A stretch of DNA of 64,000 nt from Octopus sinensis (GCF_006345805.1 NC_043000.1:148552001-148616000); one strand, 5' to 3'. Counted from the stretch's first letter, positions 14,421 to 27,484 are shown. Made by a program: numbers and translations. Notes: generated by a model from the letters alone, not told the origin.

Positions 14421-15341
14421 CGCATGCGTTTTCTTATCTCTAATAAACTTTGAAATATTTCCTATTTTTGCTTTGTTATACGCTGGAGAACTAAAAACAA
14501 TAAACATAATAGCAGTCTTAGACGATTGCCTAATCAACCGGCTTCGTTTTGTTTCGAGCATCTATTCTTTAAATTGAATGCAATCAAAAAGTAAATTGAA
14601 TGTAATCAAAAAATATTTGACTTCATTAGTTTCTAAAGCCCATTATTCATTACTTCCTAGCAATAAAATCCATTCTCGACCATTTTAAATATCATTAAGC
14701 TATTCATTTTGTTTAACGCGGACGATATTTATCGAACACAAAATAAATGTATTCTTTATTTAAAAATAAAAATGCTGATGGTACTCTTGAGAGCGGGATT
14801 AAAAAAATCTAAAGAATTTTTTTTTGTTCTAATCATCAATATAAAACTCAATTCAACATAGGAAACCTCTATTTTATTCGTTCGGTCTCTTAATAACGTT
14901 TGTTCAAAACCCACCCTACTGCCTTCGAAAAGAATGGGATCATTAGATAACATTGTTCTTGACACCCATAAAATGCTAAAATGAAACTGCTGCGGCTGCC
15001 CATATAAACATCATAGACCGCATCCAAATTAAGGTCATTCAACTAACGGTCCGGGAATCGAATTCACAACTTCATGCTCATTTTGCCTTAGCATTACTAA
15101 TCTCCACAGCCTCTGTTCTTCTGAATTTGCGAGCCGTAATGCCTCCTGTAGCCTGCCGTAAATACTCGCAACAGAATGAACTTCGCAAAAAGCGTGTAAT
15201 GTTTAAACGATTTAAGCCAAAAGTTGACTTTATTTTTCATGCTTTTGAAGTTCTGTCGCTTAACAGACAGTACAAACCCCCCAGTAGACACAATATCTTC
15301 AATCAACAACACCACGATATTGGATACTGTGCGAGGTCTTA

Positions 15342-15343
<2 letters not shown>

Positions 15344-15389
<46 letters not shown>

Positions 15390-15445
15390 GATGATGATGA
15401 TGATGATGATAATGATGATGATGCTGATGATTATAATAATAATAA

Positions 15446-15533
<88 letters not shown>

Positions 15534-15545
15534 CTGATGATGATA

Positions 15546-15608
<63 letters not shown>

Positions 15609-15799
15609 ATAATAATAATAATAATGTAATAATAATAATAATAATAATAATATGATAATAAAAAGTAATAATAATATAATAATAATGATAATGATGATTG
15701 ATGTGCTGATGATGATAATGATGATGATGATGATGTGATGATTATAATAATAATACTAATGTAATAATAATAATAATAATAATAATAATGATAATAATA

Positions 15800-15842
<43 letters not shown>

Positions 15843-15868
15843 TGATGATAATGATGATGATGATGATT
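15344..15868. repeat. ~520-bp alternating (AAT)n/(GAT)n microsatellite
   Basis: Read directly; its right end is continuous with the tail of the minus-strand SINE B copy at 15865. Confidence 0.95.
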
Positions 15869-16005
15869 TCAAATTTTGACACAAGGCCAGCAATTCTGGG
15901 GAAGTGAGTAAGTCGATTGCATCGACCCCAGTGCTCATTTGGTGCTTACTTCATCAACCCCGAAAGGAAGAAAGGCAGAGTCAAGCTCAGCGGAATTTGA
16001 ACTCA
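15865..16005 (-). mobile_element. SINE family B, short-tail 3' part
   Basis: Reverse complement of the B core and the tail GCTGGCCTTGTGTCAAAATTTGAAA. Confidence 0.8.
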
Positions 16006-16676
16006 ATTATAATTATGATAATAAATTTCTTCGATGCCAAGAACCTGGGATAACTAGGAGATTCTTGGCATCTAAGGAATTTTTTCCCACTGTCTAATCT
16101 GTTGTGCGTATATGAAATAAAAGAAAATCTTAGAGTTTATTTGCTTTTATTCTTTTTATTTTGGAATTATATTTTCGAATAATCAGGGAACAAAGTAATA
16201 TCATTATCAGATTCACGCAAGAGCACGAGTGGTGAGTGAAAACTACTTCGAGTGGGAAGAAAACAGTGTTGCACTTTGGCGTTCACCCTGGTGAGTGTTT
16301 TCTAATGGCAGAGTTTGGAGAGCAGTAATACAACCATTTGAAAGGATTCCAATAAATTACTAAGGGAGCTTCACGAGCCAGTGAAGGGGCATCTCCGCTG
16401 TCGTTCGGCCAGCTAGACATAGCAAACAAATTGTAATCAATTGTACACTACAGTCAAAAGACTGTAGTGTAAAATACAAGATGAACAGGACAGTGTAGAC
16501 CACTTTAAAATTTCACTTTGAGTGGTACAAGAACTCACATTTCAGAGAGCTAAGACAAAATGCTATAAGGAACTTGAACCGGCGTTAAGATTATGGAGTT
16601 AATATTATTAAAGCTTCTTTTTGACAAAGCTCATTTATTTCTACTTTTCTGTGGGAGGATGAAGCATAAAAGAATA

Positions 16677-17198
16677 CCGTAAATCCTCGAGTATGGTCCG
16701 ATAGTCCGCCCTTGAGTATAATACGCAGGGGATTTTTAGGGGGCTGTACCTCTGAAAAACCTAAACCTTGTGTATAATACGCACCCCTTTCTAACTGAGT
16801 CAAGGAGGTGTATATCGTCCTTGGTTGTAAAAATGTATACAGTAACGTCCTTTATTATTATTGTATATATAACATAATGCAAACGTGTAGCTTTTTTGTG
16901 CATTTTGTTTGCAGAAAATAAAGAAATAACAGTAATAAGGTTTAATAAATGTTGCTTACTGGAAGTTATGGATGATTCTTTTATGACTTCATTGCTTTCA
17001 GGCTTAGCTTTTGGTATTTTCGCGCCCGACATCACAAAATGCGTCTGAGTAAACATTGCCGGAGAGCAAATAGAGACTCGGACATTGCTTAGAAAATAAT
17101 TTTCATTTTTAACCTCGTATATAGTACGCACTAGGGATTTTGACCTTTACATTTTTTGGGGGGGGGGGGGGGTGCAGATTATACTCGAGGATTTACGG
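16677..17198. mobile_element. Tc2/pogo-type MITE (522 bp)
   Basis: Perfect 18-bp TIR CCGTAAATCCTCGAGTAT, TA on both flanks; inverted second copy at 57196-57735. Confidence 0.85.
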
Positions 17199-17699
17199 TA
17201 AATGGTTATCAGTGAATTGCTGGTGGTTCAAAACTATAAGGGATAAATCAACTTTTGACTTCAAAAATATAAAAGATAAAATCAGTTTTTGACTGCGAAT
17301 TCAGAGCAGTCCTAACACCTCACTCGATTTGATACCACTATCCGGTACCATGGATGTCTTTAGCGGAGTCCACTCAGTTGCAAGAATTCAAAACAAGCTT
17401 CGGGTTTAAAGATAACGCTTCCCACAATCTCACAGGTTTTACAGGCCCTGTAGCCGGTAATGGGCACAGCCTTCCCTTCTAACTAAGAGATAAAATATCA
17501 GCGAAAGACTATATGAGACATATTTTGGCCCTCTGCATCATTAGCTATGTCCTTAGCGATTAATAATGAAGCAACGCGCCGCGCTGTACTTGTGGAAATT
17601 CGATAATTATTTGCACTCATACAAAATATTTTTATTACCACCTTTTGCCACCTCAAAAACAAACCTTCACGCATAACTTACATATGCATTGTTTAATTT

Positions 17700-17728
17700 G
17701 TGTGTGTGTGTATGTGTGTGCATATCTG

Positions 17729-17769
<41 letters not shown>

Positions 17770-18125
17770 GATATATATATATATATATATATGGATGTGT
17801 GTTGTATACGTACATGTGTGTATGTATATGTGCATGTGTGCATGTTTGCATTATATATATATATATATAATATATATATATACCATAGACACACACACAC
17901 ACACACATTCTCACGTACAAAAGAGACGTAAAATTATTTTTCTATTTATGTGCCTTTACAAGACACGACAAATAGTCATTTGTTTAGAACCCAATATATT
18001 TAATTACTGTCTAATACATTTATTCACCATGGGTGTGATTTTAATTAACTAAAATTCCTTACCTAACTGCAGTAAGTTACAACCGGCTTTAGTGTTAAAA
18101 CATTAATCGCTTTTTTGTTCACTTT

Positions 18126-18168
<43 letters not shown>

Positions 18169-18427
18169 ACACACACACAGATATATATATATATATATAC
18201 AAACATATATATACACATATATATGCATATATATATACATATATATGCATATATATTACACATATATATATGCATATATATAAAATACATACATATATAT
18301 ATATATATTATATATTATATATATATATATATATATTATACATATATATACATATATATATACATATATAAATATATACATACATATATATATGCATGTA
18401 TATACATATATAATATATACATATATA

Positions 18428-18460
<33 letters not shown>

Positions 18461-18660
18461 ATATATACATATATATGTATATATATATAATAGATAGATA
18501 CATATATATATACATATATATACATATATATACATACGTATACATATATGTATATGCATACATACATATATACATACATACATATATATATATATTTGTA
18601 TAATATATATATATATTGTATATATATAATTATTATATATATATATATATGATGTATGTT
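17700..18660. repeat. (TG)/(TA)/(CA) microsatellite blocks (17700-17910 and 18128-18660)
   Basis: Read directly from the sequence. Confidence 0.9.
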
Positions 18661-18672
18661 TTAAGCATGTAT

Positions 18673-18771
18673 ATAGGAGAAATTATGATACACTAAAGTT
18701 TATATCATACGTGGTGAATCGCACGTAGGGAAAAAATTATATAAATTTGTGTTTATCATAATTTCTCCTAT
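18673..18771. other. 99-nt foldback, possibly a tiny TA-flanked MITE
   Basis: 18-bp perfect terminal arms ATAGGAGAAATTATGATA / TATCATAATTTCTCCTAT, imperfect inner arms, and a central TACGTG...CACGTA stem. Confidence 0.75.
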
Positions 18772-18874
18772 CTTTCGCTGTATATCATAACCAGTAATGC
18801 TTCTAATATATCGGTAACCACATCATTATACCGGACATAGACTGGATGATGATAATCTATATACATATATATAG

Positions 18875-18949
<75 letters not shown>

Positions 18950-19129
18950 TAGATAATCTATATATATATAAAATATCATATACATAATCTTTCACACACA
19001 CACTAGCACTGACCACTTCTCAGCCCCACATCCACACACCTACATATACACACACGCACACGTCAAGGTCACCAGCCCTCTTCCACACGCACATATATAT
19101 TCTCTTATATACACGCACGCACACCTTCG

Positions 19130-19330
19130 TTATGGGATCACCACTACTTTGTTATCTCCCCTTCTTCCTAGCTCTCCTGTGTGACCCCTCTGTCTGGCAT
19201 TCGCCATGATAGATCGCTAGCCACTACACATTCTTTATTTTCTTTCCTTGTTTCTTTCTGTGTTCTTTTCTATGGAAGAGCGTAGACTCGAAACGTTAAC
19301 GACTTTTTCACTTCCCTAATTCGTCTGTTT
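19130..19330 (+). mobile_element. Penelope-like terminal-repeat fragment with a decayed hammerhead motif
   Basis: ~135 bp shared with 21650-21790; followed by GAG-cgtaga-CTC-GAAACGT. Confidence 0.55.
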
Positions 19331-19381
19331 GTTGTCTACGCCATCTGTCTTTGTCTTGTTTTTTTTTTGGTGAATTCTCCC

Positions 19382-19444
<63 letters not shown>

Positions 19445-20592
19445 CCATACATACATACAACCTACATACATGGTAACTGAAAGAAGACTGTCGTATACAT
19501 GTATATATTTGTGTGTGTGTGTGTGTATGTATATATATATAATATTATATTCATGTATATAATATCATTATTATTATCATATATATACACGTATGTTCGC
19601 ATTTGTGTGTGTGTTTACTTATCCGTATGTGTGCACCTTGTGTGCAATCCATGTCCAAAAATGACTTTTCCAAATAACACGACCGTTCGGTACTTGGTTA
19701 TTTTCTCTGTCCCTTTTTCTTTCTGTTTTTTTTTCCTCCTCTTTTCTTTCTTATCGATGTAGAACTTTGCTCCGAAACGTTAAAAAAATAGCATTTCTGT
19801 TCCCTGAAGTGTCAGTCTTCTTATCTTGTTGTTTTTCATCGCTCCTATGCTTGTGTTATTTATTTACCTTTTAATAAAACACCCACACACGCACACATGT
19901 ATACTACACACACACAAACACATATATATCTACATACATACATGCATATATATATGCAAATACATATACGTATATATGCGTATGTGAGTGTGTGTGTAAA
20001 AGGAGACAGATCTGTGCATTTATCTGTATGTATTTCTTATCTATACATTGTTCTCTATATACATATTGTATCTCATATGTAAATTTTACGAAGATATAAA
20101 CATGTACCTTACACTTATTAAAATGTATGCCAACGAAACTGATGTTGTGAACCAAAGAATGTTAATCCATTAAAAATATGCACATAGAGATAAGAAAAGT
20201 CATTATCTTAATGAATCATTCGAGTTAGAAAGACAAGGAAAATAAATCTGTTATCTAAATTAAATTGATATTAATTAAATATAAAATGAAGTGTGAAACA
20301 TATGCGAAGCACACTGTAATCGTATTGCTAATCTCAGAATGACTTGTGAGGATAGTTGGGAGAAGCGTCCTCCTGGAGTTAAAATAGTAGTATCGTTTGT
20401 TCTCAAAGAACACCCACGTTTAAGTGGCGATAAACATTACTTCACAGTATAATTACTGCTCCCATCTCTAAAAGAGATTTTCCTAACGAACTAGTTTGAT
20501 AGTTGCAAAACCAGTGACTGTGTGACACTGTTTTTTCTATACATTGCGAACTGTTTCGACTCAGAGCGAAACTAGACGCTATCGAAAGGTTT

Positions 20593-20842
20593 GGTGGAGG
20601 CATGTGGCTCAGTGGTTAGGGTGTTGAACTCATGATCGTAAGGTTGTGGTTTCGATTCCTGGACCGGGCGATGCGTTGTGTTCTTGAGCAAAACACTTCA
20701 TTTCACGTTGCACCAGTCCACTCAGCTGGCAAAAATGAGTAATCCTGCGACAGACCGGCGTCCCGTCCAGGTGGGGGAATTTCTACGCCACTGAAACCGG
20801 GAAACCGGCCCTTATGAGCCTGGCATGGCTCAAGAAGGAACA
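20593..20842 (+). mobile_element. SINE family E (250 bp, tRNA head)
   Basis: TGGCTCAGTGG and GGTTTCGATTCC boxes; 15-bp TSD GCTATCGAAAGGTTT at 20578-20592 and 20843-20857. Confidence 0.85.
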
Positions 20843-21326
20843 GCTATCGAAAGGTTTAAGTGTAAAAAAGGAATTCACGGTTTCATCTCGCAGCGGGAGC
20901 GAGATGACCGTCACATTTGCATTATTTATATATCATTTCACATATCATCCTTCATGTGTTTTATGTTCCCGCGCGTCTTTTTTACGTCCCCTTTATATTT
21001 AGGCCTTGTGCCTGTAATAAAGAGAAAAAATCTATCAGCCGAGTATCGATCTCTGGAGGTGATCCAATAAGATCGAAATCACGTTATATGATGGTCTTCG
21101 AGCTAGGATAGTAGGGAGTTTTCTCCCCGCTTGCAGTATATATCAAGTGCGAAACGCGTTGAAGAGCCAACCGGTGGAAGTGTTCCTAGGGTTAAAATAG
21201 CAGTATCGGCCATCCCCAAAGAACATCCACGTTTAAGTGGCGATAAACATCACTAATTATTGTAGACTTCTCGGTTTATTACATCATATCTAGTAGCGCC
21301 CTCTTTAATCAATATTTATTTGCTTA

Positions 21327-21540
21327 AAGGCGGCGAGCTGGCAGGATAATTAGCATGCCGGTTAAAATGCTGAGCGGCATTTCGTCCCTCCTTACGTTCT
21401 GAGTTCAAATTCCGCCGAGGTCGACTTTGCCTTTCATCCTTTTGGGGTGGATAAAATAAGTACCAGTTGTGCAGAGGGATCGATGTAATCGACTTGTCCC
21501 TCCTCTAAAATCCTGGCCTTGTGCCAAAATTTGAAATCAA
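21327..21540 (+). mobile_element. SINE family B, short-tail form, full length
   Basis: Head AAGGCGGCGAGCTGGCAG, core GCCTTTCATCCTTTTGGGG...AAGTACCAG, tail CTGGCCTTGTGCCAAAATTTGAAA. Confidence 0.85.
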
Positions 21541-21649
21541 CATTTGTTTGTTTATGCAGCCGTAGCTTATTTTTCTCTCAATCATTCTTTTAACTTGTCA
21601 AGCCAAAAAGTGTTCGTTTCCGAAAATCCTGTATCCTCTCGATGGTATT

Positions 21650-21790
21650 TAGGATCACCACTACTTTGTTATCTCCCCTTCTTCCTAGCTCTCTTGTATG
21701 ACCCATCTGTCTGGCATTCGCCATGATAGATCGCTAGCCACTACATATTCTTTATTTTCTTTCCTTGTTTCTTTCTGTGTTCCTTTCTAT
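21650..21790 (+). mobile_element. second copy of the 19130 repeat, truncated before the hammerhead motif
   Basis: Near-identical to 19135-19270. Confidence 0.7.
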
Positions 21791-22673
21791 CTCGAGCTGA
21801 TGTGGTCAAATAAGACCGAAAATTTTCAGAGCTGTTCCTCTCCAGAGCTATTCCCCTGCTGCTAAAGATCAAACTCAAGCCTCACTGCATTATACACTTA
21901 ATTAGTTCTAATTTAATATAAATTCCGTGTTGTCTCCGCATGTCTTTCTGGATTAGAATCGCTAATGAAAGTAATGTGTTGGGATTCCACGCTAGGTGTC
22001 ACGTTAATTCATTAAGATTTATTGCATCTCTACGTCCAATCTTTAAACGTCCACCTTGCTCAATATTTTTCATGCAGGTGTTCTTAGATATTTTTCCCTA
22101 ATCTTTCAGTTACCATACTACTGAATATTTATACACGAAAAGCTTATTAAACTTTCTTGATTCACTATATCAAGTATGTTTGTTAGCACCCACTTTACTA
22201 TGTTTTTTTTTTCACGTAGCAGGCGCCCCTGAGTATTTCACTATCACTTAAATGTATATGGTTTCTTATGTATGCGCTTGTTTTTTTTACTTCTTGCCAT
22301 TACATACGTTTCTTGCATACACATAACGCTTAAAACTTTAAGGGTGGGAATCTAGAAGTTGTGACATGCGTTACTCTGGGAATACAGAGTATATTTTTTT
22401 CCAGTTTGGATCTCCTCCCTGTATTGAAATTTCTTTCTTGAGAATCGAGTGATTCCTGTATTAGAGTCACTACTCCAAATCAACAGTATACAAACATTAC
22501 TTTCCTGCTTCTGAGAAATGATGGTGAGACCATACGAAAATAAAAATCCTTATCATGCACGGATCTTTGAAAACAAAGCAGGAAAATAAACAGGAACTGA
22601 GTCTTCGATTGCGGATATTTTGCCACCACTAGCATACATGGATAACTTCATGTTCCCAGGGAGTTATGAGATC

Positions 22674-23093
22674 GGATCTTTTCGGTTTGAACGGCAGTTT
22701 TTTCTAGCGGTGTCATATGAAATTGTCACCCATAATTATGACCCTGTAATCGATTTATTGCATTTCAATCTCTTTTAGGGTTAGGGTTAGGGGTGGGGGA
22801 GGGTATCTTTTTTCTTTTTTTCTACACAATGTAAATAAACCCAATCTGTTTCTTAAACGAGGGACATATTCATACGGCACAGAATGCTTTTTAACTCAAT
22901 AGACGTCACTGGTTGGTTGAAATTGCAGAAATTGAAGAAAAAAACAACAAATATCTTACAAACTATAGAATTTTCTCAATAAAGCCAAGGGAAAAAGATG
23001 TTTTATAAACACATTCTACCGGTATACTAAGTTTAAAATTTTTTAGTTACCTAGAAATTATGCTAAAAACTGCCGTTCAAACCGAAAAGATCC
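22674..23093. mobile_element. Merlin-type MITE (420 bp) with an internal (TTAGGG)3
   Basis: Perfect 28-bp TIR GGATCTTTTCGGTTTGAACGGCAGTTTT; 8-bp TSD ATGAGATC at 22666-22673 and 23094-23101. A GG terminus with an 8-bp TSD fits the Merlin/IS1016 superfamily. Confidence 0.85.
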
Positions 23094-23703
23094 ATGAGAT
23101 CAAAACTGGGAGTCCAGACTCTTAGTTAAATTACATAAAACATATGTTTAAGAATTAATTCTTTTACTAGAAACTCCGAAGTCATACAAAGCAAAATGTG
23201 GGAGTAAGCTTGAAATTGAAGTAGTTTCTCGATCTCGGAAACCAGCTTTCTTTGGAGGAAACGTCCAATATAAACCAATTGTTGGGTTGAAGAATTGATA
23301 TTAGTGATTCCTAACATTTAGTAATATAAAACGTTTTCAGAGTTGCCATATTCTTTACTCGGATATTTTACTCCTAATGAAAATTATTCTCTTTTTACAT
23401 TTGTCTTCACTGAAACTATTTATATTTGTCCTCCCAGTATATCTTCTCGTTTACTTGTAGCAGGATAATAATTCTACCTCAATTAAAACTAACTCTTTTA
23501 CATCTTTTTGTTTCATGCATTTCCTCCAAATAGTTAGTTTTAATCTAATAACACCTTTATTTCCTGTTCAATGAATTCAAAGATAGATTAGTTTAAGCAA
23601 CTCTGTATAATGACACCGAACAGAAAACAAATAAACGCAAAATACAAGACAACAGAAAGGTTCTTAAAATGTTCCAAATGAACTTATATATATATATATA
23701 TAG

Positions 23704-23736
<33 letters not shown>

Positions 23737-24479
23737 ATATACTATATATATATATATATATGAAACACTAAACTGAAGGAAATTTTAAGAAAGTGAGAAA
23801 ATTAAATGAGATAGAACACGGACGTGAAAATACAATCTCTTTTCAGATGGCTAATTTTAGAAACTCAGCAGCAGAAGTGTTCTGATTAAGAAGAGTGTAA
23901 AGAAAAATTAGAATCTTGTTGCTTACATGTGCTTCCATAAAAATACCAACGAATTTAACAAGTACAGGTGTGGATATAATAATGTAATATATAAAAACCC
24001 TCAAGTAGGCGTAAAAAGCGAAGAACCTTTACAAGAAGGAAGTTATTTAGAATAAACGACACTGTTTTACAAGATTTGATGTAATAAAGCAAGCACAAAA
24101 TCAATGGAATCGTAATAATTAAAAACATGTCTTTAACTGCGCCATTGGTTGATAATCGAATTACACCACTTTCTGACGTGTTCTAACTTTTTGGTTACAA
24201 TACAAATCTTGTGGCAATATCGCATCAAATGCTAGTTAAGAGCGAGCAACGTGAAATCTCAGCTGCAGAAATGAGATTTTAATTGACGTTTCTGTTTTTG
24301 AATCTGATACCTTTTCAGTTCTTCATTTATAATAGAAAGGGTGGAGTATAATAACGATTAAATTCGAAGAAAAGATAAAATTTCGTCGACTGTTGTTCCT
24401 GTGGATGTTATTTAATTTTTTTTTTTATCGCAATCCGTGAACAATAGCATCCATGGTTACAATTATGTGACAACTGCTT

Positions 24480-24660
24480 TTGTGTGTGTGTGTGTGTGTG
24501 TGTGGTGTGGGTGTTGTGTGGTGTGCGTGGTCTGTGTGTGTGCGTATGTGTGTTGTGTGTATGTGTGTGTGTGTATGTGTGTGTGTTGTGTGTGTGTGTA
24601 TGTGTGTGGTGTCGGTGTGGGTGTGCGGTGTGTGTGTGATGTGTGTGTGGTGTGTGTGTT
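24480..24660. repeat. degenerate (TG)n microsatellite
   Basis: Read directly from the sequence. Confidence 0.9.
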
Positions 24661-24940
24661 AGGAGAGCAATGGAGGAGAGGTAGAGAGAGAGAATGAGAA
24701 AGAAAATGAGAGATATAATAGGAGAGAGTGATATACGTTTGACAATTATACTTTTCCGCAAATCTCTTCTGGATTTTGCTTTGCAAATAAGAAATGTCCA
24801 ACTCCTCACAAGAGGAATTATATGAGTGAAATTCAGATTAGAACACCAAGTACTTTTTCCTTGGGAACAGACACTCTGGAATTTCTTTGAACCTGTGCTG
24901 TTTCCCTGACCACCAATAGCAATTTTTTCTTTTTTTTTTT

Positions 24941-25380
24941 GCAACGGCTGTGTGGTAAGTAGCTTGCTAACAACCACATGTTCGGGTTCAGTCCACTGCG
25001 TGGCATCTCGGCAAGTGTCTTCTGCTATAGCCCCGGGCCGACCAATGCCTTGTGAGGATTTGGTAGACGAAACTGAAAGAAGCCAGTCGTATATATGTAT
25101 ATATATATATATTGTGTATATTATATATGTTATATATTGTGTGATATTTGTATGTGTGTTTGTGTGTCTGTGTTTGTCCCCCTAGCATTGCTTGACAACC
25201 GATGCTGGTGTGTTTAAGTCCCCATCACTTAGCGGTTCGGCAAAAGAGACCGATAGAATAAGCACTGGGCTTACAAAAGAATAAGTCCCCGGGTCGATTT
25301 GCTCGACAAAAGGCGGTGCTCCAGCATGGCCGCAGTCAAATGACTGAAACAAGTAAAAGAGTAAAAAGACTAAAAGAGTA
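24941..25380 (+). mobile_element. SINE family C
   Basis: GGCTGTGTGGTAAG and GGGTTCAGTCC boxes, internal (TA)/(TG) tract, tail GGCGGTGCTCCAGCATGGCC...TGAAACA(AGTAAAAG)n. Confidence 0.9.
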
Positions 25381-25962
25381 TTGCAGGCTTTAAGCCAATA
25401 TGAAGTCTATTTCCATTATTCCTTTATTTCAATGGATTTAATTTTTTGTTTGCTTTTGGTTTTTGTTTTTGGTTTTTTTTGGGGTTTTTTTTTTCTTTAC
25501 CATTAGTTTTGAAAACTCATGTAGCGAAACTTTTTGGAATGTTTCTGCTTGATAAACGTAGCAAATAAATTACTGAACTCAATGCATGCGACTACTAAAC
25601 GGTTGTTCGCGATTGCAGTCAAACTTCGGGAATTCCTAACTGAACAAAAGCAAACTGCTTTGTGTTTGACACACACAACTGCAATTTCGTCTCGTGATTA
25701 CAAACGAGTTAAAACTGTAATTGTAATGTTTCGGTGTTCTTTATATAGATGTGTTACTTCAATTTGGTTGAAATACAACTATCATCCCTCTTTGTTTGTT
25801 TGTTTGTTTGTTTTGTGTGTGCCTCAAATGATTTATGCGATTCTTAAGTGCAGCCATAATAGCTTTTTTTGTGGGGACGTTTAAGTGTTTGTTTGAAAAA
25901 TATGAAACGGCTGAAAGTTGGTAAAATATGAAGTATACAGACAAAAAAAATATTTACATTTA

Positions 25963-26370
25963 GGCGCAGGAGTGGCTGTGTGGTAAGTAGCTTGTTTACC
26001 AACCACATGGTCCCGGGTTCAGTCCCACTGAGTGGCACCTTCGGCAATTGTCTTCTACTATAGCCTCGGGCCGACCAAAGCCTTGTGAGTGGATTTGGTA
26101 GACGGAAACTGAAAGAAGCCCGTCGTATATATGTATATATTTGTGTTTGTGTGTGTTTGTGTGTCTGTGTTTGTCCCCCTAGCATTGCTTGACAACCGAT
26201 GCTGGTGTGTTTATGTCCCCGTTACTTAGCGGTTCGGCAAAAGAGACCGATAGAATAAGTACTGGGCTTACAAAGAATAAGTCCCGGGGTCGAGTTGCTC
26301 GACTAAAGGCGGTGCTCCAGCATGGCCGCAGTCAAATGACTGAAACAAGTAAAAGAATAAAAGAGAGTAA
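25963..26370 (+). mobile_element. SINE family C, full length
   Basis: Starts GGCGCAGGAGTGGCTGTGTGG; same organisation as the 24941 copy. Confidence 0.9.
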
Positions 26371-26481
26371 ACAGTAATTCTTGAGCGAAAATCGCCAACA
26401 AACAGATGAAACTTTGGCGTTTCATTTGTCTAAGCATGCTTCTTTCTATTTAGATATAATACGTTATATATGTGGATTTGC

Positions 26482-26871
26482 AAGGCGGCGAGCTGGCAGA
26501 CACGTTAGCGCGCCGGGCGAAATGCTTAGCAGTATTTCGTCTGCCGCTACGTTCTGAGTTCAAATTCCGCCGAGGTCGACTTTGTCTTTCATCCTTTCAG
26601 GGTCGATTAAATAAGTACCAGTTACGCACTGGGGTCGATATAATCGACTTAATTCGTTTGTCTGTCCTTGTTTGTCCTCTCTGTGTTTAGCCCCTTGTGG
26701 GTAGTAAAGAAATAGGTATTAAAGGCGGCGAGCTGGCAAAATCGTTAGCAGGCCGGACGAAATGCTTATCGGTATTTCGTCTGCCGTTACGTTCTGAAGT
26801 CAAATTCCGTCGAGGTCGACTTTGCCTTTCATACTTTCGGGGTCGATTAAATAAGTACCAGTTACGCACTG
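26482..26871 (+). mobile_element. two adjacent SINE B copies (long-tail 26482-26714; tail-less 26721-26871)
   Basis: First copy ends ...GTAGTAAAGAAATA|GGTATT, directly followed by a second head. Confidence 0.85.
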
Positions 26872-27289
26872 CTCGTCAAACTGAGAAGAGCAAATTGTCG
26901 AAGTATTGGTCGCTCTCTCACAGGTCTATGGTCGAGCCTGTGGCAGGGGAGACCTACGGCTTTCTCGGCCCCCTGACCATATCCCTGCTGACCGCTATCT
27001 GGACGGAGATGGCTATCCGCAAGTTCCATGAGTCTGAGTTTTTATCTTCCAGGGAAACGCCTTTTCTATTTTGTCATTCAGATCACCATGAGATGGCCCG
27101 AATGACAAGGAATCGAGGGAATGTAAGAGTTTCGTAGCTTACTACCTGTAGTTGGACTGTATTTAAATTTAATCAGTCTATCGTCTATGTTGTCTAACGG
27201 CTTTAATAATAAGTCTGTTCAATCAGGGTCGATATGGAGCTAAACAACAAGAACATTGAGAACAACAATAGTACAGCAAATACACATAC

Positions 27290-27410
27290 ATTAATCTCTT
27301 TATTGCCCACAAGGGGCTAAATATAGAGGGAACAAACCAGGGCAGACAAAGGGATTAAGTCGATTACATCGACCCCAGTGCGTAACTGGTACTTATCTAA
27401 TCGATCCCGA
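27290..27410 (-). mobile_element. SINE B long-tail 3' fragment
   Basis: Reverse complement reads ...TTTAGCCCCTTGTGGGCAATAAAGAGA. Confidence 0.8.
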
Positions 27411-27484
27411 TTTCCTAGAGACAGGAAAGGCGTTCAAATTACTGTCTTTGCAATACTGTCGACCAACGACGAAAAGACCAACTG

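Noticed and set aside
22775-22792. (TTAGGG)3 as a telomere or fusion site
   Set aside because: Only three units, inside a TIR- and TSD-bounded MITE.
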